From positions 70,587 through 102,586 of the forward strand of contig CAYVRP010000006.1 of NCBI GenBank assembly GCA_964454025.1: DNA of 32,000 nt, in the 5' to 3' direction. The notes under the pieces are model-generated. The model did not search any database, was not told where the DNA came from, and saw only the letters and a list, made by a program, of their open reading frames with translations. A program made the position numbers and the translations under genes. Below, piece by piece: positions 8,325-17,667 of this stretch. The stretch is from an uncultured Polyangiaceae bacterium. Lineage in GTDB: Bacteria > Myxococcota_A > Polyangia > Polyangiales > Polyangiaceae. How positions within the stretch are numbered: position 1 is the first letter of the stretch; each line of letters opens with the position of its first letter.

Positions 8325-8839
8325 CGCGCCGCACGCCGGTCCTCTTGCTCCTGGGGCTGCTCCTCGTCGCCGGGGTCGCCGTCGCGGAGGGTGGTGGCAA
8401 TCCCCCGGCGCCGTCCGCGAGCGGCGCTGCCCCGGCGACCGCGACGGTTCCCGTGGAGGTGATGGTCGTCTACGCGAGCCGCACCAAGCAGCGGCGCGAT
8501 GCCCCCGTGATCGACCCCAAGATCGGCGATCTCCCCGAGCTGCGGCAGGATCCGTTCTCGCTCTACGATCGGTTCGAGCTCCTGCAGAAGGAGCGGTTGC
8601 CGCTCCACTTCGCGGCATCTCGCTCGCTCACGCTCCCCAACGGGCGGCTGCTCGTCGCCGAGCTGCTCGAGGTCCTGCCGAACGAGGTCTTCCGCATCTC
8701 CACCAGCATCACCAAGCCCGGCGGCCGGGAGTTCCTCGCCAAGCTCGAGGTGAAGGCGCGGCGGGGCAAGCCCTTCATCGTCGCCGGGCAGAGCTACCGT
8801 GACGGGATCCTCGTGCTCGTCCTCCGCGTCGTGAAGTAG
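8321..8839 (+). CDS. Exported hypothetical protein, third gene of the sigma/anti-sigma cassette
   Basis: ATGA overlap with the anti-sigma gene. Signal peptide MTRRTPVLLLLGLLLVAGVAVAEG. The mature part is beta-rich (VEVMVVYASR, LLVAELLEVLPNEVFRISTSI, ILVLVLRVV). No family recognised. Confidence 0.7.
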   Translation: MTRRTPVLLLLGLLLVAGVAVAEGGGNPPAPSASGAAPATATVPVEVMVVYASRTKQRRDAPVIDPKIGDLPELRQDPFSLYDRFELLQKERLPLHFAASRSLTLPNGRLLVAELLEVLPNEVFRISTSITKPGGREFLAKLEVKARRGKPFIVAGQSYRDGILVLVLRVVK

Positions 8840-8877
8840 CGCAGCGGGGCCCGGGCGGTCGCGACGCGCCGGCGCGC

Positions 8878-10893
8878 TCACCCCTTCGTCGCGCCGTCGT
8901 CGTCGCCGCTCGCGCGCTCCAGGTCCAGGATGCGCTGCTCGCCGACGTAGCTCTTGGTTTCGTAGCGGGTGATCTTCCCGATCTTGCGGACGATCTCGGC
9001 CATTCGCTCCGATTCGGTGATTATCACCGTGGCGGCCCGGTGCAGCGGCGTCCCGGCCTCGAGGGAGCGCGCGAGCAGCGTGCCGTAGTTCATCACGCTC
9101 GTCAGCGGCTGGTTGAGCTCGTGCGCCGCGCCGCCCGCGAGCTCCGCCACGATGGCCTCGCGCTCGCGCTCGCGGAGCGCGTCCTGGGCCACCTGCAGGC
9201 GCTCCTCCATGCGGAGCTTCTCTCGCATGTCCGTGATGATCCCGACCGACCCCACCGGGGCGTCGTGGCCCATGATCAAGGAAGCGGAGAGCGAAACCGG
9301 GATCCGCTGGCCGGCCGCGTTCAGCATCTCCACCCGGTAGTCCTCCAGGCGCCCGTGGCCGGAGAGGCGCGGATCGCGGATCCGGCGCATCACGTCGCGC
9401 GCCACCCCCGGCGGGTAGAGGGCCTCCACGTGGAGCTGGTCGATCACCTCGCTCGCGGAGTAGCCGAAGATGCGGCACGCGGCGCGGTTGAAGATGCGGA
9501 TGATGCCGCGCAGGTCGGCCGAGACGATCCCGTCGACCGAGCTCTCGATGACGCGCTCCAGGAACTCCTTGGTGCGGGCCAGCTCCCGGGCCGTCCGGCG
9601 CTCCTGCGTGACGTCGCGCAGGCTCATGAGGATGGCGTTCTCCTCGTGGAGCACCGAGCTGAAGCTCACGTTGAGCACGATTTCTTCCCCGCCGCCGCGG
9701 GCCGTCAGGTCCAGCCCCCGCGGGTAGACCCCCTCGCGGAACCCGTCGAGCAGCCGCTGGATCCGGGGGCGCTCCAGCTCGGCGAAGAGACTGGCGAAGG
9801 AGAGGTCGGAGAGGGCGCGCTCCGCCTGCCCCGTGATCTCGGAGGCGCGCGAGTTGCCGAAGAGCACGCGCCCCGATCGATCGATGACGATCATCCCGTC
9901 CGCCGCACTCTCGAACAGGTCGGCGTAGCGTCGGAAGAGCTGCAGCCGCCGCTCCGCCTCCGCCCGCGCGACCTCGCTCTCCTCGCTCTCGGCCCGGAGG
10001 GACTCCAGAATGTCGGCGTTGCGCAGCGCGATGGCCGTCGCGTTCGCCACCGTCTGGACGAGGGCCACGTCCGCGTCGACGAAGCTGCCGGGTTCGCGGG
10101 AGCGCAGGAAGATGACGCCCAGCGGCCGTCGCTCGTGCAGGATCGGGACCAGCGTGAGCGACGGGTAGTCGAGCGTGGCGTCCTGGCGCCGCACGACCTC
10201 CAGCAAGGGGTGCTGCGTCGCGTCGTGGATGCCGAGGGGGCGACCGGTGGTGAGGACCTCGCGGATCTCGGGGTACTCCTCCAGATCGATGCGGAGACGA
10301 CGGATCTCCGCGTCGTCGCTGGACGCGATCACGAAGCCGACGTCGTCCTCCTTGGGGACGAGCACGATGCTGCAGCGGTCCACGCGGGCGAACTCGGCGA
10401 CGCGGCGCGCCACCGTGAACAGGATCGAGGTCGCGTCGAGGGTGAGCGCCAGGGCCTGCGTCAGCTCGAGGACCGTGCGCGTGTCCCGCTCCCGCCGATG
10501 GAGCCGATCGACGTACTCACGCAGGCGCGCGTGGTTGCGCACCCGCGCGACGAGCTCGGCGGGGCGGAAGGGCGCGGGGACGTAGTCGTCGGCGCCCGCG
10601 GCGAAGACGCGCTGGATGTCGCGCTCGGTCGTGACGCGCGCCAGCGCCACCACGGGCACCTCGCCGAGGTGCGCCGCGGCGCGCACGTGGCGCAGGACGG
10701 GGTGCGCCTCGAGCCCGTCGGCGTCGGCACCCAGCAGCACGACGGACGGCGCGCTCCGGTCGAGCCAGCGGATGGCGTCCTGGCCGTCCGGGAGCGAGAC
10801 GCAGGCGACGCCCGCTTCGGCGAGGGCGCTGGCGACCTGATGGCGGACCGCGGCGTCGTCGAGCACGAGCAAGACCGAGCCGTCGAGGGCCAC
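8878..10893 (-). CDS. Multidomain signalling protein: REC - GAF - PAS - PAS - HisKA/DHp, with no HATPase_c domain
   Basis: Real part of track ORF 8878..11319. I start it at GTG 10893 (VALDGSVLLVLDD). REC: VLLVLDDAAV, VVLLGADADG, DDYVPAPF. GAF: LFTVARRVAEFARVDRCSIVLV, RPLGVIFLRS. Two PAS-like blocks (LFESAADGMIVIDRSGRVLFGN; VIESSVDGIVSADLRGIIRIFN). H-box AHELNQPLTSV. The protein ends about 70 aa later with no N/G1/G2 boxes. Confidence 0.85.
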   Translation of the reverse strand: MALDGSVLLVLDDAAVRHQVASALAEAGVACVSLPDGQDAIRWLDRSAPSVVLLGADADGLEAHPVLRHVRAAAHLGEVPVVALARVTTERDIQRVFAAGADDYVPAPFRPAELVARVRNHARLREYVDRLHRRERDTRTVLELTQALALTLDATSILFTVARRVAEFARVDRCSIVLVPKEDDVGFVIASSDDAEIRRLRIDLEEYPEIREVLTTGRPLGIHDATQHPLLEVVRRQDATLDYPSLTLVPILHERRPLGVIFLRSREPGSFVDADVALVQTVANATAIALRNADILESLRAESEESEVARAEAERRLQLFRRYADLFESAADGMIVIDRSGRVLFGNSRASEITGQAERALSDLSFASLFAELERPRIQRLLDGFREGVYPRGLDLTARGGGEEIVLNVSFSSVLHEENAILMSLRDVTQERRTARELARTKEFLERVIESSVDGIVSADLRGIIRIFNRAACRIFGYSASEVIDQLHVEALYPPGVARDVMRRIRDPRLSGHGRLEDYRVEMLNAAGQRIPVSLSASLIMGHDAPVGSVGIITDMREKLRMEERLQVAQDALREREREAIVAELAGGAAHELNQPLTSVMNYGTLLARSLEAGTPLHRAATVIITESERMAEIVRKIGKITRYETKSYVGEQRILDLERASGDDDGATKG

Positions 10894-11102
10894 GGCGCGA
10901 TGGTATGCCGGGTCCGCGCGCGCCGGCAAACCTCCGGTGGCCCCGCGGCCGGCACGGGCGCCGCCCCTCCCTGCCCGCAAGCGGCGATAGGTGTATATTC
11001 TGCGAAAGCGTGGATCAGAGCCGAGAGAACGACGCAGCGCCGCAAGCCGCACCGGCGGCGCCGCCGGAGGGAGAGGCGGCGCTCCCTGGCAAGGGCTCGA
11101 CG

Positions 11103-11543
11103 ATGACGCACGCGCCGGCGCCGCGCGTGGTCGTCGAGGAGGACGTGCGGACCGTGGTCCTGGCCGCCGACGTGGACGACGACCGCACCCCGCCGCGGGG
11201 GACCGCGGCGTCGGTCCCCGAGGAGTCCGGCCCCGCGTCGCGCGTGTTGGCGCCGTACTCGCGGAGCGGCGAGACGACCCACAAGGTCCACCTGAAGCGC
11301 CGCTCGGGGGCGGACGCACGGCCCGGCCTCGCCCCGGCGGTGGTCCCGGCCATCGTGGCGATCCTCACGGGGATCGTCCTGCTCGTGTTCTTCGCGTGGA
11401 TGATCGCGGGAGCCCGGGGGGGTACCGCCGCCGCGCCGGCCCCGGGTCCCTCCGGCGCCGGCAGCGTCCGGCGGCCGCCGCGTTCGGTGGACGCGGCGGA
11501 GCCGGCCATCGATCTCGTGGACCTGCCGGTCGAACGTGACTGA
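11103..11543 (+). CDS. Hypothetical single-pass membrane protein
   Basis: Part of track ORF 10905..11543. Third codon positions are almost all G/C. One transmembrane segment, LAPAVVPAIVAILTGIVLLVFFAWMIA. ATG at 11103; an alternative GTG lies at 11010. No family recognised. Confidence 0.6.
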   Translation: MTHAPAPRVVVEEDVRTVVLAADVDDDRTPPRGTAASVPEESGPASRVLAPYSRSGETTHKVHLKRRSGADARPGLAPAVVPAIVAILTGIVLLVFFAWMIAGARGGTAAAPAPGPSGAGSVRRPPRSVDAAEPAIDLVDLPVERD

Positions 11544-11562
11544 GCGGGCGTGCGCGGCGCGC

Positions 11563-13116
11563 TCACTCCGCGAGCGTGGGGTGGGCGGTCAGCACCCGCG
11601 GCCAGGCGGCGCGCAGCTCTCGCTCGAACCGGCGCCGGTCGCCGACGACGACCACGATGAGCCGCTCGGGGTGCAGGTGCTCCCGGGCGGCCCGGGCGGC
11701 GTCGTCGCGGGAGACGGCGCGGACGAGCTCGGCGTAGCGCGCGGGGTAGTCCGGCGGCAGCTCCTGCGCGAACGCGGTCATGAGCTCGTAGGCGACGTCT
11801 CGCGCGTCCGCGAGGCGGGCAGCTTGCGCGTGGATCAGCGCCGCTCTTGCGCGCTCCACCTCGGCCTCGGTCAACGGACGTCGCGGCGCAGGGCCCGCGA
11901 TGGCGTCGATCTCGTCCACCAGCCCCCGCAGGGCGGCCGCGGTCGCGCTCGCCTCCACGGTCGTCGCGGCGACCCACCCCCCCCAGGTGCGCGTCGCGAT
12001 CACGCTGGAGCTCACCCCGTAGGTGTAGGCGTGCTCCTCGCGCAGGCTCTGGTTCAGCCGGGAGGTGAACAGCCCTCCGAGCACCGCGTTCATGACCAGG
12101 CGCGCCTCGTAGCCGGGGGCACCGCGGGCTGGCATCGGCTGGGCGACGAAGAGGGCCGTCTGCACCGTCCCGGGGCGGTCCACGACGACGACCTGGGGCG
12201 GCTCGGGAGCGGGACGGGGTTCCTCGGGGGCGGGCGGCGGCGCGGCTCGTCCCCAGCCGGCGAAGCGGGTCCGCACCAGGGGCTCGCCCTCGGCCACGCT
12301 GGTGCCCCCCACGACCACGACCGCGGCCGTCGTCGCCCGGTAGTTGTCGCGCCAGAAGGCGGCGACGTCGTCCCGTGTCAGCCGGTCGACGTCGGGGATG
12401 CCGCCGCCGACCGGCGCCCCGAGCACGGGCCCCGCGAGCAGCCGGAGCCCCCCGATGGACGCGATACGCGGCGGGCTCTGGCGCTCCTCGACCAGGGACG
12501 ATCGCCACTCGGAGCGGCCGCGCTCGAACTCGACGGCGTCGAACGCCGGCTCGCAGAGGGTCTCCCGGACGAGGTCGAGCCCCGCGACGAGATCCTCGGG
12601 CAGGGTGGTGAGGCTCACGTAGGAGTAGTCCCGCCCGGCGTCCGCGGTGAGCACTCCGCCGAGATCCTCCGCCGCCGCCGCGAGCTCGGTGGTGCTGCGG
12701 TGGCGGGTCCCCTCCACCAGCATGCGCGCGGTGAGCGCCGCGAGCCCGGAGCGACCCGGCGGGACCGCGCTCGCCCCGCGGCGGACCGCGGCGACGATGG
12801 TCACTACGCCCACGTCGCGCGGGAGGACCAGGAGGGTGAGGCCGCTCGGCAGGACCCGGACCTCGGGCGCCGGGAACACGAGCTGGCCCGGATCGTCCGC
12901 GGGCGGCGGCTGCGAGCGCCAGGGCTCCGGGTCGGGGCGGATGCTCGCCGGCGGCGCCGGCGGGCGCGCGGCGACCACGCCGCTCGCGGGCGCCGGGGCG
13001 CGGGTGCAGGCCGTCGCCAGCGCCGCCGCGGCGCCGAGCGCGGTCCACCGTCGACGCCGCCGCGGCGGGTCATCGGCGCCGGTCAAGCGGAGGATCTCGC
13101 TCGCGTGACCGCTCAC
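11563..13116 (-). CDS. M16-family peptidase homologue lacking the zinc motif (non-catalytic partner subunit); probable lipoprotein
   Basis: 517 aa with the two-lobed M16 layout (LPSGLTLLVLPRD, FWRDNYRATTAAVVVVG, LNQSLREEHAYTYGVSS). I can find no HxxEH. N-terminus RRRRRWTALGAAAALATAC (lipobox-like). Its GTG start overlaps the upstream stop (GTGA at 13113-13116). Confidence 0.8.
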   Translation of the reverse strand: MSGHASEILRLTGADDPPRRRRRWTALGAAAALATACTRAPAPASGVVAARPPAPPASIRPDPEPWRSQPPPADDPGQLVFPAPEVRVLPSGLTLLVLPRDVGVVTIVAAVRRGASAVPPGRSGLAALTARMLVEGTRHRSTTELAAAAEDLGGVLTADAGRDYSYVSLTTLPEDLVAGLDLVRETLCEPAFDAVEFERGRSEWRSSLVEERQSPPRIASIGGLRLLAGPVLGAPVGGGIPDVDRLTRDDVAAFWRDNYRATTAAVVVVGGTSVAEGEPLVRTRFAGWGRAAPPPAPEEPRPAPEPPQVVVVDRPGTVQTALFVAQPMPARGAPGYEARLVMNAVLGGLFTSRLNQSLREEHAYTYGVSSSVIATRTWGGWVAATTVEASATAAALRGLVDEIDAIAGPAPRRPLTEAEVERARAALIHAQAARLADARDVAYELMTAFAQELPPDYPARYAELVRAVSRDDAARAAREHLHPERLIVVVVGDRRRFERELRAAWPRVLTAHPTLAE

Positions 13117-14534
13117 GGCTTCGCCTCGGCGCTGGCGCCGGCGGGCCGGGTGATCACCGTGGCCCGGTGGTTGCGATCCATCTGCTCGGTGACCACGCGG
13201 GCGACGTCGTCCGCCGTGACGGCCTCGATCTGGGCGACGTGGCGGGGGAGGTAGCCGGGATCGCCGAGGTAGTGGTGATAGCGCTGGAGCAGCCCCGCGC
13301 GCCCGGACTCTCCGTCGCTGCCGTCGAGCAGCTGCAGATCCGTGTAGAGATCGACGAGGATACGGCGCTTGGCGCGGGCCAGCTCCTCCGCGGTCGGACC
13401 GGACCGGCCGAGGTCGGCGATGACTGCGTCCAGGCGTCGTTCGAGCTCGGCGCCGCTGACCCCGCGCTTGCCCGTCGCCATCACGATGACCATCGAAGCG
13501 AGCTCATTGGCGTCCACGTAGGCGCTGACGTCGGTGGCGACGCTCTCGTCCGTGACCAGCGCCCGGTACAGGCGGGTCGCCCGCCCGCCCGCGAGCACCG
13601 TGGCCGCCACCTCCAGCGGCGCCGCGGTGGGGCCGAAGGCGGGGGGCGCGATCCACCCGAGGGCCACGCGCACGAGCTCCACGTTCTCTGGCACCTCCAC
13701 GCGCACGGGCGATCGGAGTGGCGGCGTCGCCGTCGCCGTACGGGGTGGCGGCGGGCGGCGCGGGAGCGTCCCGAAATAGCGGGACACCAGGCGCCGGGCG
13801 TCGGCGACGGCGACGTCCCCCGCCAGCACGAGGGTGGCGTTGGACGGCGCGTAGTACCGCTCGTAGAACCGCTCGACGTCGGCGAGCGTCGCGGCCGCGA
13901 CGTCGCGGATCGAGCCGATGATCGCGCCGTGATAGGGGTGGCCGGGCGGGAACAGGGCGTCGAAGAGGGCGAGGGTGCTCGGCCCGTAGGGCGCGTCCTC
14001 GTAGGTTTCGCGCCGCTCGTTCGCGACGACCCCCTGCTGGACGGCGAGACGGCTCGCGTCGAGCCCGTCCAGCAAGTATCCCATGCGATCACTCTCGATC
14101 CAGAGCAGGCGCGGCAGGTGCTCGCGCGGGACGGTCGCGAAGTAAGCCGTGCGGTCCCAGCTGGTGGTGCCGTTCACGTTGGTCGCGCCGGCGGCCTCCA
14201 GGAGCTCGTCGAACTGGTCGCCGACGTGTCGTGAGCCGGCGAACATCAGGTGCTCGAAGAGGTGCGCGAACCCGGACCGCCCCGCGGGCTCGCACGCGGG
14301 TCCCACGTGGTACCAGACGTTGACCGCGACGAGGGGCAACGTCGGGTCGGTGTGGACGATCACCTCCAGCCCGTTGTCGAGGCGGAAGCGCTCGAACGAG
14401 AGGCTGGGTGCGGCGGTCGGCGCCCGGGCGCCCGGCGCCGCGGCGGGCTCGGCCCGCGCCGGGGCGCCGCCCGCCCAGACGAGCAGGATGGCGGCGAGGC
14501 CGCGGCCGAGGGCACGGAGCCACGAGGGTCGCAT
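13113..14534 (-). CDS. M16-family (pitrilysin-like) zinc metallopeptidase, catalytic subunit
   Basis: HxxEH inverted zinc motif in GFAHLFEHLMFAGS. LDNGLEVIVHTD. Downstream Glu in VVANERRE. Signal peptide if started at ATG 14534 (MRPSWLRALGRGLAAILLVWAGGAPARA). The track ORF extends to 14624. Confidence 0.88.
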   Translation of the reverse strand: MRPSWLRALGRGLAAILLVWAGGAPARAEPAAAPGARAPTAAPSLSFERFRLDNGLEVIVHTDPTLPLVAVNVWYHVGPACEPAGRSGFAHLFEHLMFAGSRHVGDQFDELLEAAGATNVNGTTSWDRTAYFATVPREHLPRLLWIESDRMGYLLDGLDASRLAVQQGVVANERRETYEDAPYGPSTLALFDALFPPGHPYHGAIIGSIRDVAAATLADVERFYERYYAPSNATLVLAGDVAVADARRLVSRYFGTLPRRPPPPRTATATPPLRSPVRVEVPENVELVRVALGWIAPPAFGPTAAPLEVAATVLAGGRATRLYRALVTDESVATDVSAYVDANELASMVIVMATGKRGVSGAELERRLDAVIADLGRSGPTAEELARAKRRILVDLYTDLQLLDGSDGESGRAGLLQRYHHYLGDPGYLPRHVAQIEAVTADDVARVVTEQMDRNHRATVITRPAGASAEAKP

Positions 14535-14683
14535 CGGCAGGTTCGCTACCACGGAACCGGTCCGTGCGGGCGCTCCTTCGTCGGCCGGTCGGGCGCCGGC
14601 GGCGCCGCCCGGGGGGCGTTGCACGACGCCGCGGACCGCGCCAGAACCGGGCGGCCGGGAACGGCGCGGAGGGAGCCAGCGGA

Positions 14684-15826
14684 ATGCCCTTGCAATCGTT
14701 CGCCGTCGCCGCCCTCGCGGCGCTCGCGGTGGACGTCTACACCGTGGAGCAGGGCGCGCACCCCTTCGAGCGCTTCGGTCACGCCGCCATCTGCCTCGTC
14801 GCGGAGGGGCAGCCCGAGCGCTCGCGCTGCTACAACTACGGTACCACCGACTTCGATTCGCCCCCGGCCGAGCTCGGGTGGCGATTCCTCCGCGGTGACG
14901 CCGAGTTCTGGGTGTCGGTCTGGCCCGTGGACCGCATGGTGGCCGCCTACGCCCGCGCCGACCGGACGACGTGGCGTCAGCGCCTCTCCCTGACTCCGGA
15001 GCAGGTCGAGGCGGTTCGGGTGGCGCTCGAGCACGACGCCTTGCCCGAGCACCGCCGCTACCGCTACCACCATTTCCTCGACAACTGCTCGACGCGCGTC
15101 CGGGACGTCGTCGATCGCGGGACCGGCGGCCGCCTCCCGCGCGCCGGGGATCGGCCCTTCGGCGCCACCTACCGGCAGCTCGTGCGGCGCGGGCTCGCGG
15201 AGTTCCCGGCCGCGCTCGTGCTGAGCGACCTCGTCCTCGGTCGCCTCGCCGATCGCTCCCTCGACGCGCGCGCCGCGATGTTCCTGCCGACGGTGCTGCG
15301 GGCGGAGATCGCCGCGCAGCTCGGGGCGGAGCCCGTGCTGGTCTATCGCCGGCGCGGCCGCGCCTTCGCCGAGCGCGGACCGTCCGGGCGCGGCGCGGTG
15401 GTCGCGCTCTCGGCCGGGTTCGGCGCCTTCGCCGCGGTCGGCGCCCGGCTGCGTCGGTGCCGCTGGCCGCTGCTGATCCCGATCGCCGCGGGGCTCGGCG
15501 GGCTCGGGGCCGCGCTGTGGTTCGTCGCGGCGGTGTCCACCGTGCCCGAGCTTCGCTGCAACGAGGCGCTGCTCGCCTTCTGGCCCACCGATCTCGCGCT
15601 CCCTGCGCTCGGAACGGGGGCGCTGCGGGCGTACGCGCGGGCTCGCTGCGGCGTCACGCTCTTGCTCGTCGGGCTGCTCGCGTCTGGACTGCTCATCCAG
15701 CCGCTGCTGGCGGCGCTGCTGCTCCCCCTGAGCGTCTTCGCGCCGCTCGCGTGGGCACGGGACGGAGCGCCTCGACCCGGAGCGCCGCCCGGAGGGTGGC
15801 GCCGGCGGCCCGCGCGGCCCCGCTAG
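14684..15826 (+). CDS. DUF4105-like domain protein with a C-terminal multi-pass membrane region
   Basis: Real part of track ORF 14408..15826, starting at MPLQSF (ATG 14684). FGHAAICL, CYNYGTTDF, YRYHHFLDNCSTRVRDVVD fit my memory of DUF4105. Several hydrophobic segments follow after aa ~250. Confidence 0.7.
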   Translation: MPLQSFAVAALAALAVDVYTVEQGAHPFERFGHAAICLVAEGQPERSRCYNYGTTDFDSPPAELGWRFLRGDAEFWVSVWPVDRMVAAYARADRTTWRQRLSLTPEQVEAVRVALEHDALPEHRRYRYHHFLDNCSTRVRDVVDRGTGGRLPRAGDRPFGATYRQLVRRGLAEFPAALVLSDLVLGRLADRSLDARAAMFLPTVLRAEIAAQLGAEPVLVYRRRGRAFAERGPSGRGAVVALSAGFGAFAAVGARLRRCRWPLLIPIAAGLGGLGAALWFVAAVSTVPELRCNEALLAFWPTDLALPALGTGALRAYARARCGVTLLLVGLLASGLLIQPLLAALLLPLSVFAPLAWARDGAPRPGAPPGGWRRRPARPR

Positions 15827-15932
15827 GACCGGCGCCGCGGGTGCGCCGGCTGGGCGGGGCGCGGGGTCCGCCCGACGGTCGGGGCCGGCCGCGGCCCCGA
15901 TGGGAGCCGCCCGGGCGGGGGTCGAGGCTACC

Positions 15933-17198
15933 TCAGGCGTCCGTGACCACCTCCCAGAACGTCGTGTAGGGCCGGCTGCGCTGGCGCTCGAGGAGGCGCG
16001 CCAGCGGCTGGACGAGGGTGGTGGTCCGGTGTCCGGCGAGCTGAGCGGGGTGAGCGCGACCCTGGTCGAGGTACGCGCGCACGAAGACGGCGTCACTCCG
16101 GGCCGGCAGGCCCGCGACGTTCTCGATCCAGCGCGGCCAGCGGTCGGGATCGAACAGGTACTGTTCCACGTTGGAGACGTAGAAGGTGGCCACCGGGAGG
16201 TGGTAGGCGCGAAGCTCCGCGGCGATCCCCGCCAGCGCCTTCCGCCCGGCGAAATCGCCCACCACCGGGATGACCCGGTTCGCTCGCTCGAGGTCACGGA
16301 CGCGCGCGAACGCCGCGTGGGTGCCCAGGAAGCCCGTGGCCTCGCCCGCGGTGTCCCGGGTCGTCAGGAGCTCCCGCAGCGAGGGGTACCTCCGTCCGCT
16401 GGGCTCGTGGAGCGTGAAGCGCAGCTCGAGCTGCCCCTGATAGAAGAGCTGGTGGATCGCCGCCAGGCGCGTCCGGTCCGCCTCCGAGAGGGGAAGTCCC
16501 AGCTCGCGCGTCAAGAACGTCCAGGCAGCGCCGTGGATGGTGGCCTGGTGGTGTGGATCCGGCGCTTGCTGCGTGGCGTGTGCCAGCACCGCCTCCACGG
16601 CTCCCGCGGCCTCGGGGTCGCCGGCGGCGACGTAGGGGCGCCCGAGGAGCAGGGCGACGAACTCGGCGCGCGAGCCCGCGCGCTCGAAGAGCGCGCGATA
16701 GAGCAGGTGCAGCAGCGCGTTGTCGCGGCGGATATCGACCACGAACGCGAGCTGGGGCGCCGTGAGCGCGATGTAGGTGAGATTCTGCTCGGGCCCCACG
16801 CCGACGTAGGCGCCGCCGCCGGGCCGCGCAGCGAGGATCGGGGCGACCTGCAGGTAGCTCGTCTCGTTCGAGACGGTGTTGTCGCTGAGGAAGTGCTCAC
16901 CGGGCTCGGAGAGATCGCGGAAGAGTCGCGCGAGCTCGGTGGCCGGCAGCGGCGCCGGGGCGACAGCGGCGCTGGTGGCCGGCGTCGCGGCCGAGGCGCC
17001 AGCGGACGCGGGAGCGCCCCTCGGCCCGACAGTCGATCGACGAGGCGCTGCCGACGACGGCCCGGGCGTCACGGTCGCGCTGGCAGCCGTGCCGGTGTCC
17101 CCGCCCGGGGCGGCCGCGCGAGGGTCGCATCCCAGCGCGGCGGCGAGCGCGGTCAGGGCGAGCAAGAAGGAGGGACGAGCCGGCTCCCGCACGGTCAC
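15933..17198 (-). CDS. Hypothetical lipoprotein (421 aa)
   Basis: Lipobox LALTALAAALGC, then an Ala/Pro/Ser linker, then a well-composed globular part (FLSDNTVSNETSYLQVAPIL, YVGVGPEQNLTYIAL, FVVDIRRDNALLHLLYRALFE, FYVSNVEQYLF). High G/C at third codon positions. I cannot name the family. Confidence 0.75.
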   Translation of the reverse strand: MTVREPARPSFLLALTALAAALGCDPRAAAPGGDTGTAASATVTPGPSSAAPRRSTVGPRGAPASAGASAATPATSAAVAPAPLPATELARLFRDLSEPGEHFLSDNTVSNETSYLQVAPILAARPGGGAYVGVGPEQNLTYIALTAPQLAFVVDIRRDNALLHLLYRALFERAGSRAEFVALLLGRPYVAAGDPEAAGAVEAVLAHATQQAPDPHHQATIHGAAWTFLTRELGLPLSEADRTRLAAIHQLFYQGQLELRFTLHEPSGRRYPSLRELLTTRDTAGEATGFLGTHAAFARVRDLERANRVIPVVGDFAGRKALAGIAAELRAYHLPVATFYVSNVEQYLFDPDRWPRWIENVAGLPARSDAVFVRAYLDQGRAHPAQLAGHRTTTLVQPLARLLERQRSRPYTTFWEVVTDA

Positions 17199-17259
17199 CG
17201 AACCCTGGAACGCCGCCGCCGACGCCGGGATTCCGCGGAGCGCGCGGGACGGCGGGACG

Positions 17260-17667
17260 TCAAGTGACGCCGCGGGAGGCGAAGAAGGGGACGAAGTCCC
17301 GGTCGGCCGAGAGGATGTGCTTGACGAGCCAATCGCGCAGGAAGCGCATCACCTCGAGCGTCACCGCGGTGTTGCCGGCGTCGAAGTCCGCCTTGAGGTC
17401 GATCACGCGTTCGGCCAGGTGTCGGTGCTCGTCACGGTGCGCGGCCTCCGCCGGGTAGCCGTGCTCCTGGAAGAAGGCCTCCTCGGTGGCGAAATGCGCC
17501 TTGGTGCAGTCCACCAGCTCCGCGAAGATGCGGCTCATGTCCGCCGTCGCGCGGTGCTCGAGCATCGCGACGTGAAGCTCATTGATGAGGCTCACGAGCT
17601 TCCGGTGTTGCTCGTCGATGGTCGCGATTCCAACCGAGAGCTCGTCGGTCCATTCGATCAGCGCCAC
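17260..17667 (-). CDS. Bacteriohemerythrin (hemerythrin-like di-iron protein)
   Basis: Only the last 135 codons of track ORF 17260..19281 are protein-like. GTG at 17667 gives VALIEWTDELSVGIATIDEQHRKLV. Ligand pattern: H (DEQH), HxxxE (HFATEE), HxxxH (HRDEH), HxxxxD (HILSAD). Confidence 0.88.
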   Translation of the reverse strand: MALIEWTDELSVGIATIDEQHRKLVSLINELHVAMLEHRATADMSRIFAELVDCTKAHFATEEAFFQEHGYPAEAAHRDEHRHLAERVIDLKADFDAGNTAVTLEVMRFLRDWLVKHILSADRDFVPFFASRGVT

